Under the pieces are notes generated by a model. That model was not told where the DNA came from. It did no database searches and saw only the letters and a program-made list of their open reading frames with translations. Both the position numbers and the translations under genes were made by a program. A stretch of 64,000 nt of DNA from Octopus vulgaris (taxonomy: Eukaryota): contig OX597817.1 of NCBI GenBank assembly GCA_951406725.2, forward strand, positions 102,548,001 to 102,612,000, given 5' to 3'. Numbering within the stretch: the stretch's first letter is position 1; each line of letters opens with the position of its first letter. Shown one piece after another: positions 26,171-41,824 of the stretch.

Positions 26171-26904
26171 CCCCTCCTTTTGACCGCCCCATTGAGCAAA
26201 GCTTTTTTAAAAATCTGTAAATGCTTAACATTTACAGTTATTCTTTTAGTGAGTTAAAGACGGACGAAATGCTGTTAAGCATTTTGCCTAGTATGCTAGC
26301 GATTCTGCCAACTCGCCGCCTTATCTCTAATGAAATATTAAAGTATTCAACTCGCTTTTGGTTATGTATTGGTGAGACTGGGTTGCAATAAGGTTTTCAG
26401 CAAACCAACAAATACATAAATAGCACCTAGATTTTCCCAATTTCTATTCTTTTTTTTTTTTCGGGGAGGAAAGAATGGTAGCAATGCCCACATTATGACA
26501 AATTACTATGGGAATTTCAGTCGATAAAAATACAACTTTTTCGCTATTTTATTAAAATCAAAACCCGCAGAATGTGTTTTTATTTCGTAAATAGAAGCCA
26601 CTTTTAGCTGTCATTAAATGAATTGAGCCCTGACGAAAACTTTTATTTTTTAATAAATAATATTATTACTTCACCTCATGCAGTGCTACAACTGAGACAA
26701 TCAAGAGAAATCAGCTTCGGACAAAATATTGTAAGGCAAAACAAAATTTTCTGTTAATTTCATTTTAATTTAATTTTAATAAATAAAATAATAATTTAAT
26801 TTTCATTTATTTGTATATTGATTCTTGACATTTTTTGTATAAATATTAAAATTTTTATTAAAATAAGTTTTCTGTTTTGATATTGCATGCACACTCTCAC
26901 TTAC

Positions 26905-26963
26905 CTTTATATATAAAGGTCTCTCATCCACCACCACCCCAGGTGCAAAGAAATCTGAAGCTT
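26905..26963 (-). CDS. Putative internal exon (ASDFFAPGVVVDERPLYIK)
   Basis: Acceptor ttcactcttttggcag, consensus donor AAG|gtaagt, 59 nt, phase 1 to 0. Confidence 0.6.
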
Positions 26964-27889
26964 CTGCCAAAAGAGTGAAATACAATGAACACGCTACAAG
27001 GTTGTGGGGTACAGCGTAAACAATGTTATATATAAAATATAATTTTAGGCTTCGACCTTTGAACTTCGAAGACCAACAAACTACATGGTACGATCAGACC
27101 TAAACTGAAATATCATCACAGTTATTTTAGTCGTGTTTCTGTTGACATTACAGTCCTATGACATTAACATGTGATGCCATGATATTAAACTCTTACATCA
27201 TCATCCACAGCAGCAGTTCTGTAACAGCTGGGATATCACTGACAACTACCGCTCTAACAGCTTTACCCTTCTGTTTTAAGAGTCACAGCTGGTTGAATTG
27301 GTAGGGTGTTGCACTACTTCTTGATGGGGTGATAGCTCCTACTCAGTCATCGATGCAAACATGTGGCCAGCTATATAATACACTTGTGTTTTATTGGCTG
27401 TAAAGCACATAATCTATTGACGCTATTTTGTTTTGTTTGAGAGGAGAGCGACAAATATTTAACTGACATTTATTTCAGTAAGAGCGGAAAAACGAATAGT
27501 AGTTGAGCATGGCAGGATTTGACCGCAAAATACAAAGTGATGAAAGCAAATACTGAAAGGCATTTTGTCCCGCAGTTTATGAATTCTGCTACAAAACATT
27601 TCTATGATAATAATATTAACATATTCGAGCATAAAAACAAAGCGAGAAATTTAGCAGAGAAGCAATCATATATCGACCGTTGCAATTGAGAGGTTCATTG
27701 TTGTATTCCCTCAATTGTTTCTATTTTCTGTTGCAGTTTACTGCTATCATTATTTTTTAAGCAGCGAGCAAGTAGAATCATTTCCGTGCCGTACAAGCTA
27801 CTTAGCAACATTTCTTCAGGTTTTAAGTTTACATTTGAAATACCGCCAACTTTGCCTTTCATCCTTTCGGGGTCGATAAAATAAGTATC

Positions 27890-28490
27890 CGTTGAGCTCT
27901 GGAATAAGGCATTAGAGATAGAAGGAAATACAATAGAGGGAAACTTAGTTAGAAACTTAGATGAGGCGCTTAGGAAAGGCATCTCATCGGTAATTTCCAG
28001 AAATTCCCGGTAGCATGATCAGGGAACATTGCCAGTTCGAATAAACTCTACAGGCATGGAAATGCCATTAGCCGGTCATGTCTGAGATGCGTACAGAGCG
28101 ACAAAACTACTCTGCACGCTCTCATCCAATGCCTGAGCATTGCTGACTTGTGGGTTTATGTCGAACACCTGCTGTCAAGTGTAGGACGGATCCGACTATC
28201 GACTGAGTCTATTGTGGAGATTGTACCTTCCTTTGGCCGGAGAGAGCAGGCAGTGTTTTATTTCTGGTAGCCTCAGCGAAAGAGGCTGTGTGGTGAACTA
28301 GATAGAAAGGACTGAAGACAGATACCGCAACAACGTTTTCAAGTTTCACTTGAAAAGGAAGGTGTGGGTAGAGAGGGAAGTGTTGCTCCCAATAATTTTA
28401 TTGAAAGGTAGATGAATGTGGCAAAAATGGTCCGAGTGAATGGGGCCTGCTCTAAGCATGCGCCTGTAGATTAAATTAACACTAGGAAGT
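27890..28490 (+). mobile_element. L1/Tx1-like LINE 3' fragment
   Basis: LPVR.KLYRHGNA and RCVQSDKTTLHALIQC (CCHC knuckle region). Confidence 0.75.
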
Positions 28491-28536
28491 ACCCCTATTT
28501 TGGGGAATTTTTCGTTGCTAGAATTTATATTATTAC

Positions 28537-28613
28537 CGATTTCACTGTTTACATATTTCTGTGTAGCACCACATTGTATTGTACCGTATCGCCTCCAGTG
28601 TTTTTTGTGAATC
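28537..28613 (-). CDS. Putative internal exon (IHKKHWRRYGTIQCGATQKYVNSEI)
   Basis: Acceptor ttttctatatttaccactaag, donor G|gtaata, 77 nt, phase 2 to 1, bridging both neighbours in frame. Confidence 0.5.
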
Positions 28614-28637
28614 CTTAGTGGTAAATATAGAAAACAC

Positions 28638-28730
<93 letters not shown>

Positions 28731-28919
28731 TGGCTTTATAACATTTTTCTTCTTTTTTTTTTCTGAGAACTGTCATGAATCTATTTGGGAATACTGGAGG
28801 CAGTTGAAATAAAATATGAAGCGATGAAACAAATTACCAGTAGGGAAAGTACCAGGAGAGTGAGAAATATTACACTCAAAGCGGAAATATTTTTTTTAAA
28901 TGTTATTAAAACTCTTAAT

Positions 28920-29526
<607 letters not shown>

Positions 29527-29559
29527 GTAATAACAACAGCAACAACAACAACTACAATA

Positions 29560-30092
29560 ATACCAGAAATTGGTTCTCGCTGCTTCTTATCTTAACTGAT
29601 TGGAAGTGTTATCATGTACATTGTTTCATCTTAATGTAAAAGATGGGCTACAGAAAATATTCTGCTCAATATCACAGATTTGCTTGTTAGTTGTTTGATT
29701 TTAACCAGTTGAGCATGTCCCTTCGTGGCTAATGATATGAGCATCTCTGATCGCGAGCAGAAGTTGTGGGGGAGTATCATAGCCAGGAATTCTTTGGGGC
29801 TTAGATCATTCACCTTTGGAAACGTAGATGTTTCGTTCAACATCCCTAAACAAACCTTATTCAGGGACCATTTGAGCGGCATGGACCACTCGACCTGAAG
29901 AAAATTCTAACTGGGCCCCACCTGCAAGGACATGCGCTGTTTATTTTGATATGATATCCCCATGTTGCACACATATGGTTGTGATGCATGTGCCTGGTGT
30001 ACCCTTATCAGACGGGTAGTCATGATGGGTATACTGGGCTTCACATATTTTACTCCAGTGTCACTTCCATGGCATGCGCTTCTCTCTCACTC
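29560..30092. mobile_element. Unclassified ~530-bp interspersed repeat in trinucleotide tracts
   Basis: Colinear homology with 43021-43565. Confidence 0.8.
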
Positions 30093-30133
<41 letters not shown>

Positions 30134-30379
30134 TGATGATGATGATTAAAATAATAATAATGATAATAATAACTTTAACCGAGTCCGTCGAACAGCTTTC
30201 GTTTCATATATGAGTGCAGGAAATTTACATCGAACATCCGGTTGCGAGTCCTTCATAATCGTTTCTTCTAATCTGCTAACTTTCCCAATAATCTACAGTT
30301 TTCTACCGCAAATTCCTTCTAAATTTATTCTAAATGTTCTCTTTAGAAAAAACTTCTCACAACGGTTAACAATACTCAC

Positions 30380-30608
30380 TTAACTATCTTACTAATCCGA
30401 TTGCTGTAAGTTTTTGTCCTGGGAACGACGATTACGGTTTCTTTTATCAGAGCCCCATATATCTCTGTTAACTTTGCAGATCCAAACTTGAGGTCTAAAT
30501 AGCTAACCGTCCATAACTGTGGACGTCCTTCATTGGTCATATGCACAATTACTCTATTTGTAGTTTTAACGTCCTTGTGTGATTTGTCTAAGTTCACAAT
30601 TGCACATT
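30380..30608 (-). CDS. Putative internal exon (CAIVNLDKSH...RISKIV)
   Basis: Acceptor cttctag, donor AA|gtgagt, 229 nt open frame, phase 1 to 2. Confidence 0.6.
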
Positions 30609-30972
30609 CTAGAAGTCCAGTCAGTACCTACCAAACAACTGGAACTACCTGCAGGTTCGTAAGACTTTTTACTCCCCTGTCGGCAACTCTCATACAATCC
30701 CATTGTGCGTCTCAGATACTAATCCAGTCACACATCACACACTAATACTCATAGTGAGTTGCCCCCAATAATGCTTCAAAAGACCTGAAGAATTCCGAAG
30801 TCGGGACATAAACGAATATTAGCCTGAGAACACCAATTTCGATACTAACCTTTAACGTTCAGGACCACTGGCTTACCATTCCGTTCCCATAAAGATTGTC
30901 TTTATGCGAAATCTAGATCTTTCTGCAATAACACTACCACCTGACCCAGGTCGGCGGAAATAAGTGTATACC

Positions 30973-31022
30973 TCGAGAAGATACAAGCATCGAGAAGATA
31001 CAAGCATCGAGAAGATACAAGC
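30973..31022. repeat. 17-bp tandem repeat x3 (TCGAGAAGATACAAGCA)
   Basis: Directly visible. Confidence 0.95.
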
Positions 31023-31175
31023 TGTGACTGCATGCTGAAAACCCTGGCCCTGGTTGGCTACCACCTCTATATCTGCTCACCTTCAAGACTTATTCCAGGT
31101 CACATACATTTATACAATCTACTCTCAGAAAGGCCATGGAGTGAAAAATGAGGGTGGTTACTTTTTGTCTCATAC

Positions 31176-31304
31176 TCATGAAGACTTCTGACATTAATTG
31201 CATCAGAAATCTTTCAAGCAGTTTCATTAAAATTACTTCAAAGCCTTCTCCGTTTGCATATATTTTTGTTGTTCTTCTTATATACTCCATGAACCAACTG
31301 TTGT
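31176..31304 (-). CDS. Putative internal exon (NSWFMEYIRR...MSEVFM)
   Basis: Pyrimidine tract plus aag acceptor, donor A|gtatga, 129 nt, phase 1 to 1. Confidence 0.5.
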
Positions 31305-31592
31305 CTTTTCAAACAATAACAAAAATAAGAGAGACTGTGGTGTGTTTAGCTGCTGATGTTATTCTTGTTATTGTTGTTGCGAGTATAGTTGTTATTGTGG
31401 TTGCTATTATAATAGCTAATTGACGGGTTGTTTGATGTCTCATCGAAATATCTGCTTTAAGAAATTGGATTGCCATCTTTGGTTTGACTTCACTCTATAC
31501 AACGTGCAAGGCTTGATGCGGTTGTCGTAGTTCTTGATATTAATTTTGTTGGTGCTGTTATCTTGTTGATAGCAGCGGACTTTTGTTGCGTA

Positions 31593-32114
31593 CTTGTTTT
31601 ACTAGGGGGCAAAAGCTCTCAAGTAATCAGTGCCTGTTCAAGATTCTTTTTCTTAAATTCATAAATTTTTGAGTGCAATCAAGATTAGAATTTTCAATCA
31701 AGTTCTTCAAACATTTCCACCAAAACCCATTGAGTAAACGTTAGTGGTACATTATGAATCATTGCTTTCATAGAGGAACGACTCATATAAATAGGAATAA
31801 CAATAAATGCCACTGATACACTGAGGTCAAGGGAGTACTTCAGGCGTTTTTGAAATAAATTTCATCGACCTATACTGTTTCTCTTTTCTGAAGTACGAGA
31901 TGGCACCCTACACAGTTTTTCAGGCACTTTTTGCTTGTGTAAAAGTATTTTCACATCCTTTTGTTTACACAGGCCTGTATGTGATTGTTATTGTCAGGAA
32001 ACCATTTAATTCGTTCACTGGAGACATATTATCCCAAGACTCTTGATACAAACTTGAGCAGTCTTACTTGTTTATACTTACACTGAAATGAATGCTCAGC
32101 CTAGAAGCTTCTAA
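31593..32114 (-). pseudogene. Possible decayed coding exon of the same gene
   Basis: Non-repetitive, protein-like frames (about 90 codons with one stop, then a frameshift) ending A|gtacgc in phase with the next exon. Confidence 0.25.
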
Positions 32115-32610
32115 TCTGGCAAACAAGCAACTTTCATGGTGTTATTTTTGCTTTGTTTGTTTGTTTTATTCTATTGTTGTTGCTGCTGCTTATCACGAGT
32201 TTCATTCGACTTGTTGACATTTTTATCTTTGTTGCTAGTGTTGATAATATTGTTCTTGTTTCTATCATTGCTGTAGTCATCCAATATATTTCTTTTTTGA
32301 TTTTATCATTGTTTCTATTGTAATTATTACTGCTGCTAGTGTTGTTGTCTTGCTTTTGTAGATGTTTAATCAGTTTGTCCTAATTAAAAAGGTTCATGAA
32401 GAAAGTAATTCCAGTTATGGCTAATGCATCTTATTGTCTAAGGTAACTTTCAAGGATATGCTCTTTCCTTTTTAAAAAGAAGAATATTTCAGGAAGATTA
32501 GATTTTAACAAGTCGAGCTTACTGTATTTGACCTTTTTATTGTTGTTGCTGTTGTTGTTGTTGATGATGATGATGACGACGACGGCGGCGACGACGACGA
32601 CGACGACGAC

Positions 32611-32664
<54 letters not shown>

Positions 32665-32899
32665 GATGCTACTGCTGCTGTTGATGATGATGATGTCGTT
32701 TATGACCTTACTGTGCATTATATAATTGTATCACTCATTTTTTTTCTATACGTTTTTTCCTAATATTTTCTCAAAAAAATCATTGTTTCCAAAAGCAGAT
32801 TTATTGAGGCATGTAACATATAGAGCGTCGCTACTAGCACGACTATTATGACTATTTCCCACAGTACTTTCCAATTGTCAACAAAACTGACAGGACTAA

Positions 32900-34140
32900 A
32901 ACTTCCTTTCCAGCCCAGGCGCCGGGAAAATTCTCACAATGGACTCAACTGATAGTCGGATCCGTCCCACACGCGAAAACAGCTGTTTGGCATAACTTCA
33001 CTGATCAAGAGTGTCCTGACAGTGAGCGACTGCACGCAGAACAGCTTCATCGCTTTGCTCACACCTTGGACTGGCGTGTCTGTGGACATTTCCGTGCTAG
33101 TAGAGTTTAACACGAACCGGTAGTACCCATTGATAACGCTGTGAAGTCAAGAAATTTTGTTCTGCGTCTACAGTTATATTCGAATCGAAAGTCTTCCGGA
33201 ACAGGCTAGCCTTTTCCTTTTCCTTGACACCCACAGACTCTCCGAGAACACCCTTACTATTCTCTGAAATCATCGACTTTTCCCGTCAATAATTCTTTAT
33301 TGTTAGCTAGAGTAGAACTTCCAGCTATCTCAGATGCATGCCAAGCGACCAGTCTTAGATTTTGCTTGACCGTGGACTGTAGCACCCCCAAGGAAAGTAG
33401 CTGGGAGAGACTTGCCGCGACCGTACCTGCTCGACGTCTAGAAATCGCGTATCTGCGCATCATTAGTCGCTGCAAGTTCAGCCCATCACGCCGAGTGTTA
33501 ATAGTAAGTGAAATGCTGGATCTGTAAGCAAACATTTAAATCTAATCAGACAAAAACTAGGATAAGACAGGATGGTCAGACGGGAAATGATACCGGAAGC
33601 AACGTAGATGTTCTTCTCCACTTCTCAAACTTTCAAGAATAGCTTCCTTTCGGCCCATATCTAGGAAATAATGGCTATTCTACTTGCTATCTGTTACCGG
33701 TTCCGTTGCATTTGGAAATCGGAATCGAATAAGAAGTGAAGTTTAACTGATCGGTTAGTTTGGCGTTCTACGATGCTGTCAGATGGACATGCCACGCCAG
33801 ATGCCGAAGTATAAGCTCAGCGACTAGACCAGATTGATTTTTGCCTTGCCACTGTTTCGTATTCCTTTAGAATGATGCAGAATGCCTCCACTTCTCTGGC
33901 ACCCGGCACCATGATGGTAACATTGTCCACATATACCGATTCGGTCCCCCACGTCCCAATTCGAAGAGGAAGGGGAATGCTCCTCAACAGTTCTAGCTTC
34001 CGCAGCAGTGGCCCACGAGTCAGCATCTTTAAAAGATCTGAGAGGGAACACTTTGACTGATCGAGAGCACAATGCGAAACGGTTCTGAGAGATGGCTATT
34101 TACTTTGACTACCGAACAGATGCCGAGATATTACTCTGCG
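32900..34140 (-). mobile_element. Decayed L1/Tx1-like LINE (RT and C-terminal region)
   Basis: PLLRKLE...VYVDNVTIMV...KEYETVA/AKINL and LPVRVKLY.HGN; same family as 27890-28490. Confidence 0.8.
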
Positions 34141-34964
34141 TTGCAGCAATCTAATGTTTGAAAATGAGCTCAAAACCGGCCGCTTTTCGAAAGGATTGTT
34201 ATTCATTCATATCTATTCATTTAATAATGATAATTTCATTATTTCTCTTGAAAGCAAACAGAAGAAAAAAGAACATGATATAATGCGGTGGTACATTACT
34301 GAAGAATATAAGGCGTGTGCATTAGTGTATTTATAAAGATGTGTACATATATGTGTGTGAGTGTGGGCGTACGTAAGTGAGCGTGTGTATGTGTGTATAT
34401 GTTTATGAACGTATATGTACGAGGTGAAATTTCACACACATACGCGTGCTCACCCCATTCACTCTCACACACATTCACATACACACACACGCACATACAC
34501 ATACGCATGCAATGAAATCGTAATCTATATACGTCTGTATTTAAAAAGAAAACAGCTTAAAATAGAGGGTGTGGAGAAATATAGAAGTATTGAGGAAAGA
34601 GAAAGAAGATGAAAGGGTCGATTAAAGTAGGAAATATATCAGTATGTGATCCACTCCCTAAATAATATGTTTCTGTCTAATTAATGTATACTTATATAAG
34701 GTGTGTCTTCCTCAACTTGTGATTATCACTGCTGGTAGAAAGAATAGGAGAGGGTGTTGCCGACAGCATTACGAATGGGAACTATTAAACTGGCAATTTG
34801 GCAGGCTGGAATATTGTGACAATGTATATTATATATGAATCTATAGTAAATAAGCTGTATGTAGGAACGAGAGAAGAAAAAGAGTGAGCGAAAGAGAGAG
34901 ATAGAGAGATGGAGAGGGAGACATAAGTAGAGAGAAAGTGACGGAAGTGCGTGCGTGCGTGTGT

Positions 34965-35012
<48 letters not shown>

Positions 35013-35279
35013 ATTTGTGTGCGTGCGCGCGTGGGGTTTTCCGTATAGGCTTCAATAAAGTGAGGGGAAAATTGTATTCTTTTATTGGTTTATGGTTTTA
35101 TTAGTATCGGACTGCGCCCATGTTGGGGCTCCGCATGCAAGAGGTTTTAATCATATGGACCCCCGTATATATTTCAAGCTGGTAATTATTTTATAGATTG
35201 CTATCTGTCGAACAAAAAGTTACGAATCTGAAACAGTAACACAGTTTTATATTAACTAGTGAAAATGTAATTTGAGACA

Positions 35280-35314
<35 letters not shown>

Positions 35315-35569
35315 TTCTCTCTCACCCCCTCTTTTTCTTTTTCTGTCTCTCTCCCCTCTCTCTTCCCCCTCTCTCCTCTTTCTCCACACACATAGACGCA
35401 GTACACTACAAATTTTACTCACAAGACATTCATCCAATCTATGGTACAGTGGAATCAAATCCACAATAATATGGTAGCGATGTGAACATATTTACCACAC
35501 ATCCATGCCTGCGCTTCAATGATTAGGAGCTTGAAAAACATTGTGTGCTTGTGTGTATAAAAGTGAGTG

Positions 35570-35880
35570 GATGCGTGTGTGATAGGTAGCTTGCTCTCTA
35601 ACCACATGGTTCTATGTTCGGTCCCACTGCGTGGCACCTTAGGCAACTGTTTTCCACTATAGTCCCAGGCCGACCGAAGTCTTGTGGGTGGATTTGATGG
35701 ACGGAAACTGGATGAAAACTGCTGCGCGCGCGTGCGTGTGTGCGTTCGTATGTGTGTGTGTGTGTGTGTGTGCATGTATATGTGTGTGAGAGTGTGTGCG
35801 TGTGTGTGTGTGTCTTTGTATCTGTATTTATCCCACAGTACAACCTGACAACCGGTGTTGGTGTGGTTACTATCTTTAGC
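35570..35880 (+). mobile_element. SINE family A
   Basis: Head AACCACATGGTTCTATGTTCGGTCCCACTGCGTGGCACCTT and internal (TG)n. Confidence 0.75.
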
Positions 35881-36224
35881 ACGTCTACCTGCTTCATTGT
35901 GGTTCCTTTGTTTATCACCACATCAACATACTCATAGGTGTGATTTGAAGGATGCTTGGATAATTAAGTTAACTGCAGTATGTCGCTGAAACTTATTATG
36001 TACACTCTTGGATGACGAAAATTAAAGTTGATCCACGTAAGATTTAAACTCCGAGCTTTTGGAAATGAACAAAAATATTGATTTCTAAGGTTAACGGAAA
36101 GGCTATATATTTGGCTTCATTCTAGTATGTGACTATTGTTTATCATATCGACTATTGCTGAATAGATAAAACCTAAATATTATCAGACCTACAGTTTTAA
36201 AACCACTCTGTTCCTGTATCGAAT

Positions 36225-36497
36225 AGACTATCAGATGTTGCTATAACACCGTTGGTCACATTGCGCTTCCTTGCACTGTTGTATCTTTCGAATGATGCCA
36301 CTCTGCCGGTAAGGCGGGCAGATCAAAGTCCCCTCTGCCAGTCAGTCACAGAGTTGCGCATATACAGCTGAGTGGACTGGTGCAACGTGAAATGAAGTGT
36401 TTTGTTCAAAAGCAAAACGCACTACCGGTCTGGGAAACGAAACCACGATCTTGCAATCGTGGGTGCAACATCCTAACAAGGTCACGTACCTTCACAG
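36225..36497 (-). mobile_element. tRNA-derived SINE with tail type 1 and a different body
   Basis: B-box-like GGTTTCGTTTCCC; tail homologous to 5470-5540. Confidence 0.65.
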
Positions 36498-36499
36498 GG

Positions 36500-38025
36500 T
36501 CAAAACACTTCTTATAAAATAGAACTGATCTCTAATAAATTAACAAAGTTCTCTCAGTGGAATTTAAATAAAAACGGCAATTAAGAGCGAAATGTTAAAT
36601 TTTAGAAAATTCTTGTATATTTTCAATGTTCCACATACAGAGGAATTTTCAGAGCATGTGTTCGATTGTTCTCTTTCTTTGCTTGAAAATCTCACTTTTT
36701 CCAGATTACTACTTAGAAACTAAGTAACATAAGTATGTCAATGATTTATGAGCATTATTCTGATTTAATGTTTTGAATAAAGAAACTATAAGTTCTGAAG
36801 AAATATTAATGTTCACTTTCTCGTTGATTTGTATCTGACCTTCTATTTGTGTATTAACTCCAATAATCAACATGACTATAATCTGGATATCGTGTTCTCT
36901 AATGTGTATGCCAGAAGCCATCTTTATACAATCACAAACATCGTTTTAAATATCAAGTAATTCTTAACCCGTCTGAATGACCCCGTTCACCAACACCTAA
37001 AACTGATGAAGTTGTTTCCAAACCTCCAAACAAAGATAAGATATTCTTTTAAGTATATGAACTTCTAAAATTAATTCTTAACTTCTCGAAGTCACCTTTT
37101 TGGAAGTCGTTAACGATTACCGCCAGCTTTCCTTTTCTTTCTCCAACTAAATGAGAAATTTTGATTTGTCGAGAATTTTTTGCATTCGTTATTTAGCTCA
37201 ACGCCAATTAACTGACCAAAATTCATGGTTGGCACATATAGTTTGCTTCCCTTAGCTCATTTTATCTTGTAATTATACAAATTACATCGGCCAAAAACCC
37301 TTATACCTCTTTCTGTATGTAAAAATTTGTCAACTACTCAAAGCAAGCTTAACTTGACTATGCTGTATTGATCTGGTTCAATAACACCTAAACATGTTTG
37401 TGCCTTCTTTTCCATGAGAAAAATATCAAGTTTTCCCCCTAAGGTCTAACATAAATTGTGAAATTAATTTTTTATCGTTTTTAGCTCTTAGGCACCTCTT
37501 CCATTTGGTCATATTAGAAGCAAGTCATTAGACTAGATTCCTAAGCGTAACCAACTGAGACTATGGATATTATACCACCATTTCGTTCTTGGTCTTCACC
37601 TAGATGTTCTACCGGCTGAAGAGTCTGTCTTGCGACTTTTTCCTGCGACATTCTAAACATGTGTCCATAGCATCGGAATTGGGACCACTCAGTGCGAAAA
37701 AGCAGCGGCTCAACCTAAAGAGAATCCTTGATCTCCGAACTATGTCGAGTAACGTTACTCCAGGGCTGCTTCGGAGGAACCCCATTTTGGTACTTGTATT
37801 CACAATCGTACTCTTTCGGTCATTACCCAACATTCATGAACATAGTTGAGGACGAAATGTCTGAAAACTCTGCCCTCGCGACCCTTCCATGAATAGTGGG
37901 CGGAGAAGATAGACGAATAGAATTCTTAATTTCTCGAAATTCTCTCACCATTTCTTTAAATCCAATGAAGAGGAAATTTTCAGTTAAGATGTATTTTTCA
38001 TACATTATTTTGTACGTCACTCCTT
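36500..38025 (-). pseudogene. Possible large decayed exon interrupted by an RTE fragment
   Basis: Two ORFs over 60 aa (36709-36921, 37823-38020) with intervening protein-like frames containing stops and frameshifts; no family recognised. Confidence 0.25.
37490..37830 (-). mobile_element. RTE-type LINE C-terminal fragment
   Basis: FLRSSPGVTLLD.VR, SQFRCYGHMFRM, RPRTKW..I..LSWLRLGI. Confidence 0.75.
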
Positions 38026-38122
38026 GACTTTAGCATTTATTTTATTTTTTAATTAGTTATATTAGTATTGAATAAGTGTTACGTTACTGAGGAATAAGAA
38101 ACACCCGTCCTACTCTTGTCTA

Positions 38123-38244
<122 letters not shown>

Positions 38245-38507
38245 ATAATAATAATAATAATACTATCACGGTAACTATCACTAACATCGTCACCATCATA
38301 TCAAAATCACCTATACTACAACTAATTATAGTTTCCCTTCTACATTAACGTTATCCTTACCACTATCATCTCTTACGGCACCCCTACAATTGCTGCTGTC
38401 TATGCTCTCATCTTTACCTATACTTCTACTATTATTATCACAACCCTACCACAAAAATTACTACTACTACTACTACTACTAATAATAATAATAATAATAA
38501 TAATAAT

Positions 38508-38563
<56 letters not shown>

Positions 38564-38601
38564 CAACAACAACAACAACAATAATAATAATAATAATAAT
38601 A

Positions 38602-38930
38602 ATTGCGTGCGTATCGAACTCGAGAGCTTAATGAGATACCTAGCACAAAGTAAGGAAGCCTTGGTAGTGAGAGTTGAGAACAAGGGAGTATTGACAGCAG
38701 AGAAAAAAAGGGAAAACAAAGGAAGAAGTACAAAAAAGGACATGAAAAAGAATTACAAAAGAAGCGACTACATAATCAATTCTACAAGAGAAGTTGCTGG
38801 AAAAACATGTGGGATTGGCTGATGAAAGGAACCCTAAAAAAGAGACCGAGAGCACTATACTGGCAGCGTAGGACCAAGCTCGAGAGGGTCAACCTGAGGA
38901 ATGAGCAAGTGTCTCCGCTGTGATAAAAAG
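38602..38930 (+). mobile_element. Decayed R4/Dong-like fragment in (TAA)n
   Basis: CVRIELESLMRYLAQSKE..., W.WLMKGTLKKETESTILAA.DQA. Confidence 0.65.
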
Positions 38931-38977
38931 AAAATAAATAAATGAATGAATGAATGAATGAATGAATTAATTAATTA

Positions 38978-39027
<50 letters not shown>

Positions 39028-39047
39028 TAATAATAATAATAATAATG

Positions 39048-41040
<1,993 letters not shown>

Positions 41041-41078
41041 AATAATAAAACTAATAATAATAATAATAATAATAATAA

Positions 41079-41743
41079 TGACCGTTTTCAGTCTTTAAGG
41101 AAGCTGACAAATACAAAAACGAATAACAGTACCTAACAACTATGAAGAAAAAGAAGAAACAACAAAAGCTGTAAAACGACTGAAATTCAAACTAAAACTG
41201 GAACAACAACGGATCTTCATAAAACGATGGCAAGAAAAGCCATAGAAAAAGAAACAGAAAAAGCAAAAAAACAACAATGGCTGAGAAACTCAGGACTCAA
41301 AGCAGTGACTGAAGGATTTTTAATTGCAGCACAGAAATTCTCAAAAACATATAATGAAAATGAATACAAGTAACTGCAGAATATGTGGAGACACAGAAGA
41401 AACAATAAATGACATTGTCTTTGGCTGCCCGGCCCTGGGTAAGAAGGAATATATTCACGGACACAACAGATTTGGAACGTATACACCCTAGAAGCTATGC
41501 CTATCATAGTATGTGCTTTAGATATGATAAAAAAATATTCATACAAATACATAACAAAAACACCAGGACTAACAAGTATAGATAACATACAGAAAATAGC
41601 ACTAGTAGGCACCGCACACATTCTATGTAAAACACATTTAGTACAGTAGAAATAAGAGCATCACAAGAAACCACAGCACATACTCGAGGCACACAGAGCT
41701 CCACTCGCTAGTGCAGTGAAAGCACGTGATAAAAACAAGACTA

Positions 41744-41747
<4 letters not shown>
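41079..41747 (+). mobile_element. Older, internally deleted copy of the same Dong-like LINE
   Basis: Direct homology to 40035-41040; flanked by (TAA)n. Confidence 0.9.
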
Positions 41748-41819
<72 letters not shown>

Positions 41820-41824
41820 GTCAT

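Noticed and set aside
27197-27370. Exon-like minus-strand segment with two in-frame TGA codons (selenocysteine or A-to-I readthrough idea)
   Set aside because: Its phase does not fit the exon chain, no SECIS is seen, and exon 28537-28613 already bridges the frame
36500-38025. Rescue of stop codons in the decayed exons by RNA editing
   Set aside because: Frameshifts and a LINE insertion cannot be repaired by A-to-I editing
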